Positions 37,293-47,217 of a stretch of 64,000 nt of DNA are shown here, one piece after another; positions within the stretch are counted from its first letter, which is position 1, and every line of letters begins with the position of its first letter. The notes under the pieces were generated by a model. That model saw only the letters and a list, made by a program, of their open reading frames with translations, made no database searches and was not told the origin of the DNA. The stretch lies in IMG/VR virus record IMGVR_UViG_3300034101_006340, positions 1 through 64,000 of that record; one strand, 5' to 3'. This DNA comes from a virus. The translations under genes and the position numbers were made by a program.

Positions 37293-38458
37293 ATATCTGA
37301 TAACTCTTGAACTCGCACTTGATGTCTTCCTCCATCAAAAGTATTATTTATTAAAATTTTAATAACGCTTTCTGCTTTACTAGTATCAGCAAAAATTTTA
37401 CTTGGGAAAGAAAAATAATTTGCACAACTATGCCTGATAGACATTTCAGCAGAATATTCGTCATAAATTAATGCTCCTCGAATACCATTAAATTTATTAC
37501 CACATATATTTACGCCCTGTCCGGTTCTACAAAAAGCGAAAATAAAATCACAAACTCCGTCTTGCTTAGAAACAATAGCTTGATTTATATAATATTTATA
37601 ATCACAATCGTTGTGAGTGTGTGTGCCAAAGTCTATATATTCTATACCCAATTTAGATAATATATCCGCAAATATTTGTTTTGTTTCATACCCAGAATGA
37701 TCAGCACATAATGCTATTGGTTTTACGCCTATGTGTTTAACAACATTATTTTTATAAAACATAAATTCTTTTGGCGTCCCAAAAATATGTATTTTATCTA
37801 CTAGTCTATCTATTATATTTTTATTATCTTTTATCAATAGATTATATAAAGGAGTGATATAAAACTCTCCATTAGTAGTAATATTATTTTTAATCATTGT
37901 ATCGGCATATTCACAAAACATAGATCCTTTAGCAAAATAATAAATACCTACACACGCCCTGTCACTAATAACTTTTTTTTCTGCCGTTAAAGTAATATAC
38001 TTATTATTATCATCTAATTTTACATAACTATAATTTGGAGAATTAGATTTAAAAGTTAATAGCGTACCATCAATACCATCGTCCGCCAAAGAAGATGGAT
38101 CTAAGACCGGGAAAAACTCTATATCTAATGTATGAATAATTAGAGGCATATCATTATTGATTACTTCTTTTGCCAATAAACAACTACACACTGAGCCTTT
38201 TGTTAAGCCATCAGTAATAAAAATTTTAATATCATCTCCAAATTTATTGCGTAAAATTGTGTCAGCATTATAGTTATAAACCTGATCATCTCTAACAATA
38301 AAAATTAAATTACACTCTGAATAGTCAATACAACTTAATGATATATCGATAAGTTGTTTATTTTCTACATAAATAAATTGTTTTGGCACCTCGTATCCCG
38401 CTTCCTTAAAACGACTACCTAATCCCGCCATAGGAACAATAAGATTATATTTTTTCAT
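37289..38458 (-). CDS. Sugar-phosphate nucleotidyltransferase fused to RpiB/LacAB isomerase
   Basis: LIVPMAGLGSRF...PK...EFYITPLYN; C-terminal ADHSG, FCRTGQG, GGRH..R. Confidence 0.85.
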   Translation of the reverse strand: MKKYNLIVPMAGLGSRFKEAGYEVPKQFIYVENKQLIDISLSCIDYSECNLIFIVRDDQVYNYNADTILRNKFGDDIKIFITDGLTKGSVCSCLLAKEVINNDMPLIIHTLDIEFFPVLDPSSLADDGIDGTLLTFKSNSPNYSYVKLDDNNKYITLTAEKKVISDRACVGIYYFAKGSMFCEYADTMIKNNITTNGEFYITPLYNLLIKDNKNIIDRLVDKIHIFGTPKEFMFYKNNVVKHIGVKPIALCADHSGYETKQIFADILSKLGIEYIDFGTHTHNDCDYKYYINQAIVSKQDGVCDFIFAFCRTGQGVNICGNKFNGIRGALIYDEYSAEMSIRHSCANYFSFPSKIFADTSKAESVIKILINNTFDGGRHQVRVQELSDI

Positions 38459-39173
38459 GGTTATTTCTATTTATTAATTTATTTTTTGTTTTTAATATTG
38501 CATTAACTAAATTATCTTTGATATACATATATCCCCATTGATCTATAATAAAACCAGCCAAAATATCTCCTGCTCCATTAACATTCAATCCTTCTATAGG
38601 AATATTTTCTACGCAGCAAACACTATTTCCGTCAACAACAATTTCTACTCCAAAAGGATCATGAAATATAATAGGAGTTTTTGTTCTAATAGAACAGTAC
38701 ATATTCTTTCTTTCTCTGGAATCAAAAATAATTTTAGCTTGATTTATTAATTGTATAAATTTAGTCCTGTCAGCCGAACTAGTACAAAAGTCTAAGCTAA
38801 AATTGGACACAATGTTTTGTACGGATAAATAATCTTCAAAATCATCAATATATGCAAAATGAACCCAGCTGGCTGTATTTAAATATTCGATATCTTTTTT
38901 ACTAATGATCGAAGCTTCTGTGTTTTTAACAAAAGACATTCTTGTACTATTAGCAATATCGCAAATAATATACGCTTTTTTTAACCCTATCCTATGACAA
39001 TGAAGAGTATAATTTAAAAAATTAACCTCATTAAAGTTGTTGTATCCTCCAATAATTTTTTGAAGATTAGTGTAGTAATTAGTTTCATTGAGTTGTATAT
39101 TCTGTGTTTCTATAATTGTGTCGAAATATTTTTTACCACAAACAATTAAGCTATGGTTTTTTCGTTGTATCAT
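38445..39173 (-). CDS. PfkB-family carbohydrate kinase (divergent)
   Basis: NVNGAGDILAGF signature. Confidence 0.7.
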   Translation of the reverse strand: MIQRKNHSLIVCGKKYFDTIIETQNIQLNETNYYTNLQKIIGGYNNFNEVNFLNYTLHCHRIGLKKAYIICDIANSTRMSFVKNTEASIISKKDIEYLNTASWVHFAYIDDFEDYLSVQNIVSNFSLDFCTSSADRTKFIQLINQAKIIFDSRERKNMYCSIRTKTPIIFHDPFGVEIVVDGNSVCCVENIPIEGLNVNGAGDILAGFIIDQWGYMYIKDNLVNAILKTKNKLINRNNHEKI

Positions 39174-39174
39174 C

Positions 39175-39699
39175 TTAAAAAGTTTCTTGTTTATCTAGCT
39201 CTTCTATATCGGATAGACCAACATATTTTACCATTTGACGTTCAATAAGAACATTATAAAGATCACAAATAACATTATTTCCGCCTTTAGAAGATAATGT
39301 ATTTTTTATGCCACACAAACTTTTTATGTCTTCACAAGCATCTTGTGGACAAAAACAATATCCAACGCTTTTCATTATATTAATATCGAATAAGTCGTCT
39401 CCTACATAAACCATATCTTTTTTATGAATACGATACTTTTCTTCCAATATTGGCAACAATGATACCTTATCAATTCCTCTTGAACTAAAAAAGTCTATGT
39501 TTCTATTCTTGGCCATATTTTCATTAACTTTGATATCTCCAGAAATAAAACAAACAACTATATCAGAAGCTTTAAATCTTTTAATAGCTGTAAAATCTTT
39601 ATCACAGTATTTTTTAGCATATGGCATCCCATCGAGTCCATAAATTTTTGTACCATCCGTCATAACTCCATCGACATCTAGGGCTATTAATTTAATCAT
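39175..39699 (-). CDS. KdsC-like HAD phosphatase
   Basis: ALDVDGVMTDG, ISG, YVGDDLFD. Confidence 0.85.
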   Translation of the reverse strand: MIKLIALDVDGVMTDGTKIYGLDGMPYAKKYCDKDFTAIKRFKASDIVVCFISGDIKVNENMAKNRNIDFFSSRGIDKVSLLPILEEKYRIHKKDMVYVGDDLFDINIMKSVGYCFCPQDACEDIKSLCGIKNTLSSKGGNNVICDLYNVLIERQMVKYVGLSDIEELDKQETF

Positions 39700-40463
39700 A
39701 TTTTTAACAGATGCTCCTTTGGTTCATCATCAAATTGTTCGATAGACTCGTGAACCATATGAGGAGGTGGAACGCCCCCGGATTCTGTAAGCCAGTGTTG
39801 ACTCCAAAAATTTTTATTTCTGATTAATCTGGCTTCCAAGTCCACATATCCAGTATGAATAACATAGGGTGTTTTTCCTTGCCTTAACGCTTCAATCGAA
39901 TTGTCAAACATACGAGACTTAACTAAATTACCATTTTTATCAATTAGCTCACAAGTATCGCTTTTGGTTGTATCAACTGTTCCATTCGATTTTCTCGCAA
40001 AGTTTACTGGACCTCTGAAAAGACCGCTTTTATGTAAATACCATTTGTGTCCTATAGAATAATAATGATTAAAATCTTTGTAAAGATTTAATGAAGCAAT
40101 CATATAACACATATATGTATCACACAATAAATTATCTGCTAAATCTAACCATAATGATTTTTGATACAATGGAATATATTCATCCATATCTAATCCAATT
40201 TTAAGTAATTGAGTAGTATTTTGTAGGGCGCAGTTTTTTATTTTTCCATCCATCCAAGGGTCTTCGTAGGAAAAATCACAAGACACCACCTTTAGATTAT
40301 CGAGTTCATGCGAAAGTTTTTGGATTTCTATTAAAGTATCATCTGAGCTAGAATTTATAGCAATAACAACTTCATCGGCAAAATCAGAAAATTTTTGTAA
40401 AGTATTTTTGTAATCAAATTTGTTTTTGATAAGATTAAAAGCAGATGTATAGATAGAAATCAT
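39696..40463 (-). CDS. GT2-like glycosyltransferase
   Basis: FADEVVIA...S.DDT, GLDMDE (DxD). Confidence 0.7.
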   Translation of the reverse strand: MISIYTSAFNLIKNKFDYKNTLQKFSDFADEVVIAINSSSDDTLIEIQKLSHELDNLKVVSCDFSYEDPWMDGKIKNCALQNTTQLLKIGLDMDEYIPLYQKSLWLDLADNLLCDTYMCYMIASLNLYKDFNHYYSIGHKWYLHKSGLFRGPVNFARKSNGTVDTTKSDTCELIDKNGNLVKSRMFDNSIEALRQGKTPYVIHTGYVDLEARLIRNKNFWSQHWLTESGGVPPPHMVHESIEQFDDEPKEHLLKI

Positions 40464-41026
40464 ATTATGTCAATCCCCAAAAGATCAAATACAGCATTTG
40501 CTATTTGACTTGGTTCAATGGTTTGAATAAGGCCATAAGGATCATTGTAATGGAAAGTTGGCTTAGTGCTAGAGAAATCTGGTTCAAATATTCTAATATT
40601 ATTTTCATTAGAAAAGTATGGCCTAGACATGTTTGCGTAATATCCGTATAAAGCGACTATCTTTATATCATAATACGAAGCTAAATGCACGGGCAAACTA
40701 TCAAAACCAAGATGTAATTGAGCGTTTTTGATCAAAAAAGCTAAACTACCATAAGATGTTTTACCCAGATAATCATGATTAGCTCCCTGGCATTTAGGAT
40801 CTAATAACCCTCCAGTTTGAACGATTTCATAAGTAAAATTAGGATTATTTTTGAGAATACTAATAACATTTTCCCATTTGTTATATAATCTTGCTGTTCC
40901 TTTGGGGTCATAAGAATGAAGAGTTATGTATTTCGTAGAGGGCAAGACTATCGAGGAGTCTTCTTTTATAAACGGCTTAGCAATAGGACACCCGCAGGTC
41001 AGTGCATAAGTTTCTAATATGTGCAT
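40460..41026 (-). CDS. GT9 (heptosyltransferase-like) C-terminal half
   Basis: YITLH, HLGFDSLPVHLAS, IVALYG. Confidence 0.75.
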   Translation of the reverse strand: MHILETYALTCGCPIAKPFIKEDSSIVLPSTKYITLHSYDPKGTARLYNKWENVISILKNNPNFTYEIVQTGGLLDPKCQGANHDYLGKTSYGSLAFLIKNAQLHLGFDSLPVHLASYYDIKIVALYGYYANMSRPYFSNENNIRIFEPDFSSTKPTFHYNDPYGLIQTIEPSQIANAVFDLLGIDII

Positions 41027-41028
41027 AA

Positions 41029-41427
41029 TTATATTGTTTCTTTCATTTGAAGTCCTATTCTGGTTTGTCCATTATGAATATAATTTAGATATCTTTGAGT
41101 AAACACAGTAATCATGAAGCTAATGTCAAATAGTCCTTGCCATTTACCGTGTCCTTCCATAATGAGTTGGTTTTCCATAATTGGCATATAATTAATCACT
41201 TTAGCGATATTTGGATTATCTAACAACAATGAATGATATTGTTCCTTACAAGCAAAATATATATCATATTCCGGATATAGCTTTTTCATAGATGGTAATA
41301 AACTAGTAGATAAAAAAATATCTCCAGCACTTTCAGGAACTATCATTAGAATCTTTTTATTATCTGATTGAATTAGTTGTTGTGCTATAATAGCTAATTG
41401 AGAATCATAGTCTTGTTTTGTATCCAT
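41029..41427 (-). CDS. GT9 (heptosyltransferase-like) N-terminal half
   Basis: KILMI...SAGDIFLSTSLL...LYP...NPNIAKV. Confidence 0.7.
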   Translation of the reverse strand: MDTKQDYDSQLAIIAQQLIQSDNKKILMIVPESAGDIFLSTSLLPSMKKLYPEYDIYFACKEQYHSLLLDNPNIAKVINYMPIMENQLIMEGHGKWQGLFDISFMITVFTQRYLNYIHNGQTRIGLQMKETI

Positions 41428-41450
41428 ATAATTCCTTAATATACTGATTT

Positions 41451-41478
41451 ATCATAGATATTTGTCTGTACCGGTCAA
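41451..41478 (-). promoter_or_regulatory. Leftward sigma70 promoter of sugar island
   Basis: Minus strand TTGACC, 16 nt, TATGAT; AAGGAA SD before ATG 41427. Confidence 0.75.
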
Positions 41479-41483
41479 GAATC

Positions 41484-41511
41484 TTGACCATAGACATTGT
41501 TAACTTATAAT
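41484..41511 (+). promoter_or_regulatory. Rightward sigma70 promoter of sugar island
   Basis: TTGACC (41484-41489), 16 nt, TATAAT (41506-41511). Confidence 0.8.
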
Positions 41512-41535
41512 AGTTTGTTTCCACAGAGACTGAAA

Positions 41536-42402
41536 ATGATTATAGCCATAGCTTCGGATCATAATGGGATTGCTCTCAAACAATCCATTAAAACTTTTCT
41601 GATAAATAAATCTTATAAAGTTATTGATCTCGGACCATACTCGAATGAAACTGTTAATTATACAGATTATGCTGATCAACTTGCGCATATTGTTTCCAAC
41701 ACAGAAGTAGATAGAGGAATTTTGATATGTGGTACTGGCGTTGGTATGAGCATTGTAGCAAATAGACACAAAAATGTTAGAGCTGTTTTGGCACACAACA
41801 TGATAACGGCAACCAAGTCGAGAGAGCATAATAATGCCAATGTTTTATGTTTGGGGTCTTGGGTAAATAATGAGCCAGATAATCTGGACATTCTTGATGC
41901 TTGGCTATCGGAATCGTGGGGAGAAGGCAGACACGTTAAAAGAGTAGAAGTAATAGACCAAAAAGACACAGGCATTGTATTAACAAACGGTGTGTTCGAC
42001 ATCATGCATAAAGGTCATCTTGAGCTTTTAAAGTTTGCAAAAAAACAAGGCACCAAATTAGTTGTAGCGATTGATTCCGATGCTAGAGTTAAACTGCTCA
42101 AAGGTCCAAGCCGACCAATTAACAATGAAATAGATAGAAAAAGCTTACTGGAATCTAATATCTATGTTGATGAAGTGATTATTTTTAATACACAGGAAGA
42201 ACTGATTAATTTATATGCCTCAGTTAGGCCGTCTGTTGTGGTTAAAGGCTCGGAATGGACCGCTGATCAAGTACGAGAGCAAGATCATATACCAGATAAT
42301 ATTCAAATTAAATTATATCCATTATTTAAAGATTATTCTACAACCAGCACAATAAAAAACATAAAAGACATTCCAACATGGCAGAAAATAAAAAACTACT
42401 AA
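41536..42402 (+). CDS. RpiB isomerase fused to HldE/RfaE domain II-type nucleotidyltransferase
   Basis: ASDHNG, ICGTGVG, REHNNAN, GRH; then TNGVFDIMHKGH, KGPSRP. Confidence 0.9.
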   Translation: MIIAIASDHNGIALKQSIKTFLINKSYKVIDLGPYSNETVNYTDYADQLAHIVSNTEVDRGILICGTGVGMSIVANRHKNVRAVLAHNMITATKSREHNNANVLCLGSWVNNEPDNLDILDAWLSESWGEGRHVKRVEVIDQKDTGIVLTNGVFDIMHKGHLELLKFAKKQGTKLVVAIDSDARVKLLKGPSRPINNEIDRKSLLESNIYVDEVIIFNTQEELINLYASVRPSVVVKGSEWTADQVREQDHIPDNIQIKLYPLFKDYSTTSTIKNIKDIPTWQKIKNY

Positions 42403-43142
42403 TTATAGGCGACACTATTGTAGACCAATATATTTTTACTCAGGCTTTAGGGCTGAGTCTAGAATCACCATGCATAAAAACCAAATTTATAAATTCTCAA
42501 AGCATGTATGGTGGTGCTGCTAATGTTGCTAGGATAGCCTCCTATCTTGGAGCAGAAGTATCTTTTATTACTTCTGTTAGTAAAATTACCGAGTACCAGC
42601 TTTCTACTCAGTATCAAATTAAAGTTATTAATATAAAAGAACCCAAAGATAATATTAAAAGCAGATACTTTATACAAAAACAAAACACTATTTATCAGTA
42701 TCTACAAATTAATGATTGTATGGAAAATCAACAAGAAGCTAATCTTGTATTAGATCAAGATTATGACACTATTGCTTTTTCTGATTATAGACTCGGATTA
42801 ATAGATCAAAATATTTTAAACATAATCAAAGACAAAAATACCACTACCTATGCAGCATCACAGGTTTCTTCAAACAATCCCAATTTTGAATTATACAATT
42901 GGGTGAATCATATTGTTTGCAACGAAGAAGAATCTCAATACTTGCCTACCTTAGAAAATATTTTCGTTACTAAGGGACACAGAGGGTGTTCGTACAACGG
43001 CAAAGACTACCCTGCATACCCGGTTTCTTCTGTAAAACAGATTATTGGTGCTGGCGACTGCTTTTATGCTGCATTATTAGTATTTAATGATCCAGACAAG
43101 GCTAATGAGATAGCGGCTAAATATGTGGCCAAAGAATTATAA
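42378..43142 (+). CDS. HldE/RfaE domain I-type PfkB kinase
   Basis: IIGDTIVDQY, GGAANVA, FSDY, IGAGDCF. Confidence 0.85.
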   Translation: MAENKKLLIIGDTIVDQYIFTQALGLSLESPCIKTKFINSQSMYGGAANVARIASYLGAEVSFITSVSKITEYQLSTQYQIKVINIKEPKDNIKSRYFIQKQNTIYQYLQINDCMENQQEANLVLDQDYDTIAFSDYRLGLIDQNILNIIKDKNTTTYAASQVSSNNPNFELYNWVNHIVCNEEESQYLPTLENIFVTKGHRGCSYNGKDYPAYPVSSVKQIIGAGDCFYAALLVFNDPDKANEIAAKYVAKEL

Positions 43143-43822
43143 TGAATACATCAGAACTTTGCGTCAGGCTTAATAAGCAATTGTATGATCACAAAATAAC
43201 ATTGCATACCTGGGGTAATGTAAGTGTATACGACAGCAAGACTGGAAATATTTATATAAAGCCTTCCGGTGTTTCATTTGATGATCTAACTGTTGATCAA
43301 ATTTCTATTATAGATCATAATGGAAAACAACATAGTGGTTTAAAACCGTCCGTAGACACCCCCATACACAACGCAATATATAAAGCATTTCCACAAATTA
43401 GATCTATTCTTCATACGCACTCAAAATATACTACAATATGGTGTCAGTGTCGTAAGAATATTCCTATATTAGGTACCACACATGCAGATTATTTTCCTGG
43501 CCCGATCCCTGTTCTTGATCTTCCTAATAATTTTGATTTTGATGCTTACGAAACAAATTTAGGTAATCTAATTGTTAATTATTTTATAGAGCAAAAAGCA
43601 CAACCAGAACGCACTGGGGCTGTTCTTCTGGCCAATCATGGAGTTTTTGTATTTAGCGACAAACCTGAAACTATTATAGAAAAAACTATAACCCTAGAAT
43701 TTATTGCTGAACTAGCAATGTGTTGTGAGATCCTAGGTATTAATCATAAAGATAATACGAGTCTTTTTAATAAACATTTTGAAAGAAAACATGGAGTTAA
43801 TAAATATTATGGACAGTCCTAA
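43142..43822 (+). CDS. araD: L-ribulose-5-phosphate 4-epimerase-like class II aldolase
   Basis: WGNVS, IKPSGV, PSVDTPIH, HTHS, GTTHADYF, NHG. Confidence 0.85.
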   Translation: MNTSELCVRLNKQLYDHKITLHTWGNVSVYDSKTGNIYIKPSGVSFDDLTVDQISIIDHNGKQHSGLKPSVDTPIHNAIYKAFPQIRSILHTHSKYTTIWCQCRKNIPILGTTHADYFPGPIPVLDLPNNFDFDAYETNLGNLIVNYFIEQKAQPERTGAVLLANHGVFVFSDKPETIIEKTITLEFIAELAMCCEILGINHKDNTSLFNKHFERKHGVNKYYGQS

Positions 43823-44219
43823 ATATGGCAAGCAAACTATTGACGAGCCATTTCGTCCTCCAGAGTCGCTCGAAAAATACTGGGGAAATATACAAAATAT
43901 TTTTAATAATGAATCACTAGTATTAAAAATCATAACTATGAATAAAAATACTCAAAGCAGTCTAGAGTACCATGTAACAAAAGATGAATACTATTATCTT
44001 ATTAAAGGCACACTAAAAGTAGGCATGAGGATTGGTAGAGCTAAAAATATTTCTAGAACATTAAATCAAGGAGAAATATTTTATATACCAAGAGGCTTGA
44101 TGCACATGAGGATTGCTTTGGAGGATTGTGTCATTCTAGAGTGGTCTAATGTTGACAACGACGAAGATTCGAATATAGTAGAAGATGGACGCACATACAC
44201 ACACCAGGAGTCTATATGA
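43809..44219 (+). CDS. Cupin
   Basis: SLEYH..KDEYYY, PRGLMH. Confidence 0.75.
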   Translation: MDSPKYGKQTIDEPFRPPESLEKYWGNIQNIFNNESLVLKIITMNKNTQSSLEYHVTKDEYYYLIKGTLKVGMRIGRAKNISRTLNQGEIFYIPRGLMHMRIALEDCVILEWSNVDNDEDSNIVEDGRTYTHQESI

Positions 44220-44896
44220 GACAGCTTTTTTTAGATACCGCTAATCTGGAAACAATCAGGACATATCACGCTAAGGGTATAATAAATGGAGTGACAACTA
44301 ATCCGTCTCTAATATCCAAAGAACCCAAACAGAATTTCGATCAACTGATAGAACAGATATGGATTTATTGTGCATCCAATAGTTTATCGTTTAGCGTAGA
44401 AGTATTTGCTGTTGAACCAAAAGCTATTGTAGAACAAGTATTTTCTTTAACTAGTAAACTACTTAGTGTTTTTCACAACAGAAATCTTCTGTACATCAAA
44501 ATACCTGTCGGACTAGAAGAACTAGACTGTATTAGATACTTATCTGAAATTGGTATTAATGTTAATTGCACATGTGGATACACTACAACACAGATGGAGT
44601 TAGCAGCATTGGCTGGAGCAAAATATGTTTCTGTATTTTATAATAGAGCTAAAGATCTAGGTATTGATTCTTTAGAATCTATAAGGCAGATCAGAGCTTT
44701 TATAGACACAAATAATTTAGATACACAAATTATTGCTGGTAGTATACGTAATCCTTCTGATATTTCCGATACTTGGAATGCTGGTGCAGACATTGTTACG
44801 TGTGGACCAAAAATTATAGACTCAGCTATTTTCCATGAAGGTACCAAAAAGTCTGTTGAAGGATTTATGAAAGATTTTAATGATTGGATACAATGA
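44216..44896 (+). CDS. tal: Transaldolase (TalC/FSA family)
   Basis: FLDTAN, GVTTNPS, SVEV, YIKIP, IIAGSIR. Confidence 0.9.
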   Translation: MRQLFLDTANLETIRTYHAKGIINGVTTNPSLISKEPKQNFDQLIEQIWIYCASNSLSFSVEVFAVEPKAIVEQVFSLTSKLLSVFHNRNLLYIKIPVGLEELDCIRYLSEIGINVNCTCGYTTTQMELAALAGAKYVSVFYNRAKDLGIDSLESIRQIRAFIDTNNLDTQIIAGSIRNPSDISDTWNAGADIVTCGPKIIDSAIFHEGTKKSVEGFMKDFNDWIQ

Positions 44897-45636
44897 TTTA
44901 TTCTCAAATTAGAAAAAATTTAGTACATCGTTTAATAGATATATCTTATAAGAATAAAGAAGGCCATATAGGTAGCTCATTATCTATTTTAGACTTATTA
45001 TATGGGATTTATCATAGCTACAATTTATTTGATCAGTTTGTTTTATCAAAGGGTCATGCCTCATTAGGGCTGTATGTTATACTAGAACATTTTGATTTGC
45101 TTCATGATTCTTTAGATAATTTTTGTAAGTTTGATTCTCGTCTAGGGGGACATCCATACTGTTATTCAGATTCTAGTATTCAGTGCGCTACTGGATCTTT
45201 GGGACACGGATTTCCTTTTGCTTTAGGACTATCAATGGCAAAAAAAATACAGAAAGACATCGGCAGAGTCTATTGTATAATAGGAGACGGAGAAGCTAAT
45301 GAAGGGACCATATGGGAAACAGCTTTATTGGCTTCTCATATGAAAATAAACAATCTATATTGCATAATGGATTATAACCATTCTGGAGACAGAGCACTGG
45401 GTCTTGGTAATATAATTGAAAAATTTGAGGCTTTTGGCTGGGATTCGACAGAGATTGATGGACACAACATGTCTGAAATTTTAAATGCACTAAAGTATCG
45501 ATCCTCCAAACCATTTTTTATTCTTGCTCATACCATCAAAGGATATGGGATACCGAGTATACATAATAATCCTGAATGGCATCATAAGTCTCCTAATGAA
45601 TCTGAATACCAATTTCTAGTATCTCAATTACAATAA
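44893..45636 (+). CDS. Transketolase N-terminal (TPP-binding) subunit
   Basis: GHIGSSLS, SKGHA, TGSLGHG, GDGEANEG, HTIKG. Confidence 0.92.
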   Translation: MIYSQIRKNLVHRLIDISYKNKEGHIGSSLSILDLLYGIYHSYNLFDQFVLSKGHASLGLYVILEHFDLLHDSLDNFCKFDSRLGGHPYCYSDSSIQCATGSLGHGFPFALGLSMAKKIQKDIGRVYCIIGDGEANEGTIWETALLASHMKINNLYCIMDYNHSGDRALGLGNIIEKFEAFGWDSTEIDGHNMSEILNALKYRSSKPFFILAHTIKGYGIPSIHNNPEWHHKSPNESEYQFLVSQLQ

Positions 45637-45654
45637 ATAAGCGAAGAAAAATAA

Positions 45655-46338
45655 ATGAAACACGATAAACCAATATGTGGTAGTAATATTGCTAAAGTTA
45701 ATAGATATATTAGTAATGCTAATATAGTATTCGAAATAGGGGCTTATGATGGCGTCGATATCGAAGAAATTAACCAGCTTTGGAATAACCCCATCATTCA
45801 TTGTTTTGAACCAGATCCAGAACCATTTGAGATATTGAATACATATGCTTCAGAAAAAATAATATGTAATAATATTGGACTTTTCGATAAAGAAGATAAA
45901 ACCATACTATATAAAGTACTTAATAAAAATCTTGGCGAAGCAGAACAAAAAAATAGAAGTCTGTGGTATAAAACTGCTCAATCTTTATATCCAATAAATA
46001 CAAACTATTATGGATATCCAAGAGATATTGGCCTACAGGAAGTAGAAATTAATGTATCTACTATAGATAACTACTGTAAAAAATACAACATTATGCCAAA
46101 TATTATTCTGATGGATACACAAGGTAGTGAATATGATATTTTAATCGGAGCACAAAACACATTAAAAAACAATAATTTAAAAGGTATTATGCTGGAATGG
46201 TCTACAGACACACTGTATACTGGTCAAAAAAAATTAAATGATATCACAACACTACTTGAAACAACCGGTTTTGTATTGGCAGAAAAAATTAATTTATGGA
46301 ATGCAATTCATGGTGATGCTATCTTTATAAGAAAATAA
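45655..46338 (+). CDS. FkbM-family methyltransferase
   Basis: FEIGAYDG, HCFEP, TIDNY, MDTQGSE, YTGQ. Confidence 0.85.
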   Translation: MKHDKPICGSNIAKVNRYISNANIVFEIGAYDGVDIEEINQLWNNPIIHCFEPDPEPFEILNTYASEKIICNNIGLFDKEDKTILYKVLNKNLGEAEQKNRSLWYKTAQSLYPINTNYYGYPRDIGLQEVEINVSTIDNYCKKYNIMPNIILMDTQGSEYDILIGAQNTLKNNNLKGIMLEWSTDTLYTGQKKLNDITTLLETTGFVLAEKINLWNAIHGDAIFIRK

Positions 46339-47217
46339 ATGCGTAAACAATTTGCTAAAACACTCCAGAATATTCTATATAAAGACTCCAATTCCGTATT
46401 GTTATTAGGAGATATAGGCGTATTTGCTTTTAGAAAAGAAATAGAAGAATTATCAGACAGAGTATATAATATAGGAATTTTAGAACAATCCACTGTTAGT
46501 TTAGCCGCTGGGCTATCTAAAAATGGTATAATTCCTTTTGTTCATACAATAGCTCCCTTTATGGTAGAAAGAGCTTTTGAACAAATCAAAATAGATTTTG
46601 GCTATCAGAATTTAAATGGCAATTTCATTAGCGTCGGCTCTTCTTACGATTATGCTGGGCTTGGTTGTACTCATCATTGTCCTGGCGATGTGTCTTTGAT
46701 GCTAACTGTGGAAAATATGCACATATTTTTACCTGGCAATAGTAAAGAATTAGACGATTTAGTTAATCAATCGTATGTTTTAAAGCATCCAAAATATTAT
46801 AGATTAAGTGAATATGAGCACAGCTTATCTCTAGAATTAGAGTATGGTAAAGCCAAGCTTATTAAGCGAGGTCAAAAAGCAACCATAATATGTTATGGTC
46901 CGATGCTTCAACAGGTATATGAAGCAACAGAAGATTTGGATGTGACAGTTCTTTATTACAATACCGTATACCCGTTCGACTGCAAAACTTTGCTGGACAA
47001 CTTGAGTCAAAACATTATTATATGTGAGCCATTCTATATTGGTACAACTAATTATCTTATTACAAACGCTATAAAAAACACATATTATAAAATACATAAT
47101 ATTGGTGTGCCAAGAAAATTTTTGAAAAATTATGGCAATAAACAAGACCATGATCAATTTTTAAGTTTGGACACAACCGGTATAAAAAATCAAATAGAAT
47201 CATGCTTGATATCATAA
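46339..47217 (+). CDS. Transketolase C-terminal subunit
   Basis: NIGILEQ, HTIAPF, GCTHH. Confidence 0.9.
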   Translation: MRKQFAKTLQNILYKDSNSVLLLGDIGVFAFRKEIEELSDRVYNIGILEQSTVSLAAGLSKNGIIPFVHTIAPFMVERAFEQIKIDFGYQNLNGNFISVGSSYDYAGLGCTHHCPGDVSLMLTVENMHIFLPGNSKELDDLVNQSYVLKHPKYYRLSEYEHSLSLELEYGKAKLIKRGQKATIICYGPMLQQVYEATEDLDVTVLYYNTVYPFDCKTLLDNLSQNIIICEPFYIGTTNYLITNAIKNTYYKIHNIGVPRKFLKNYGNKQDHDQFLSLDTTGIKNQIESCLIS

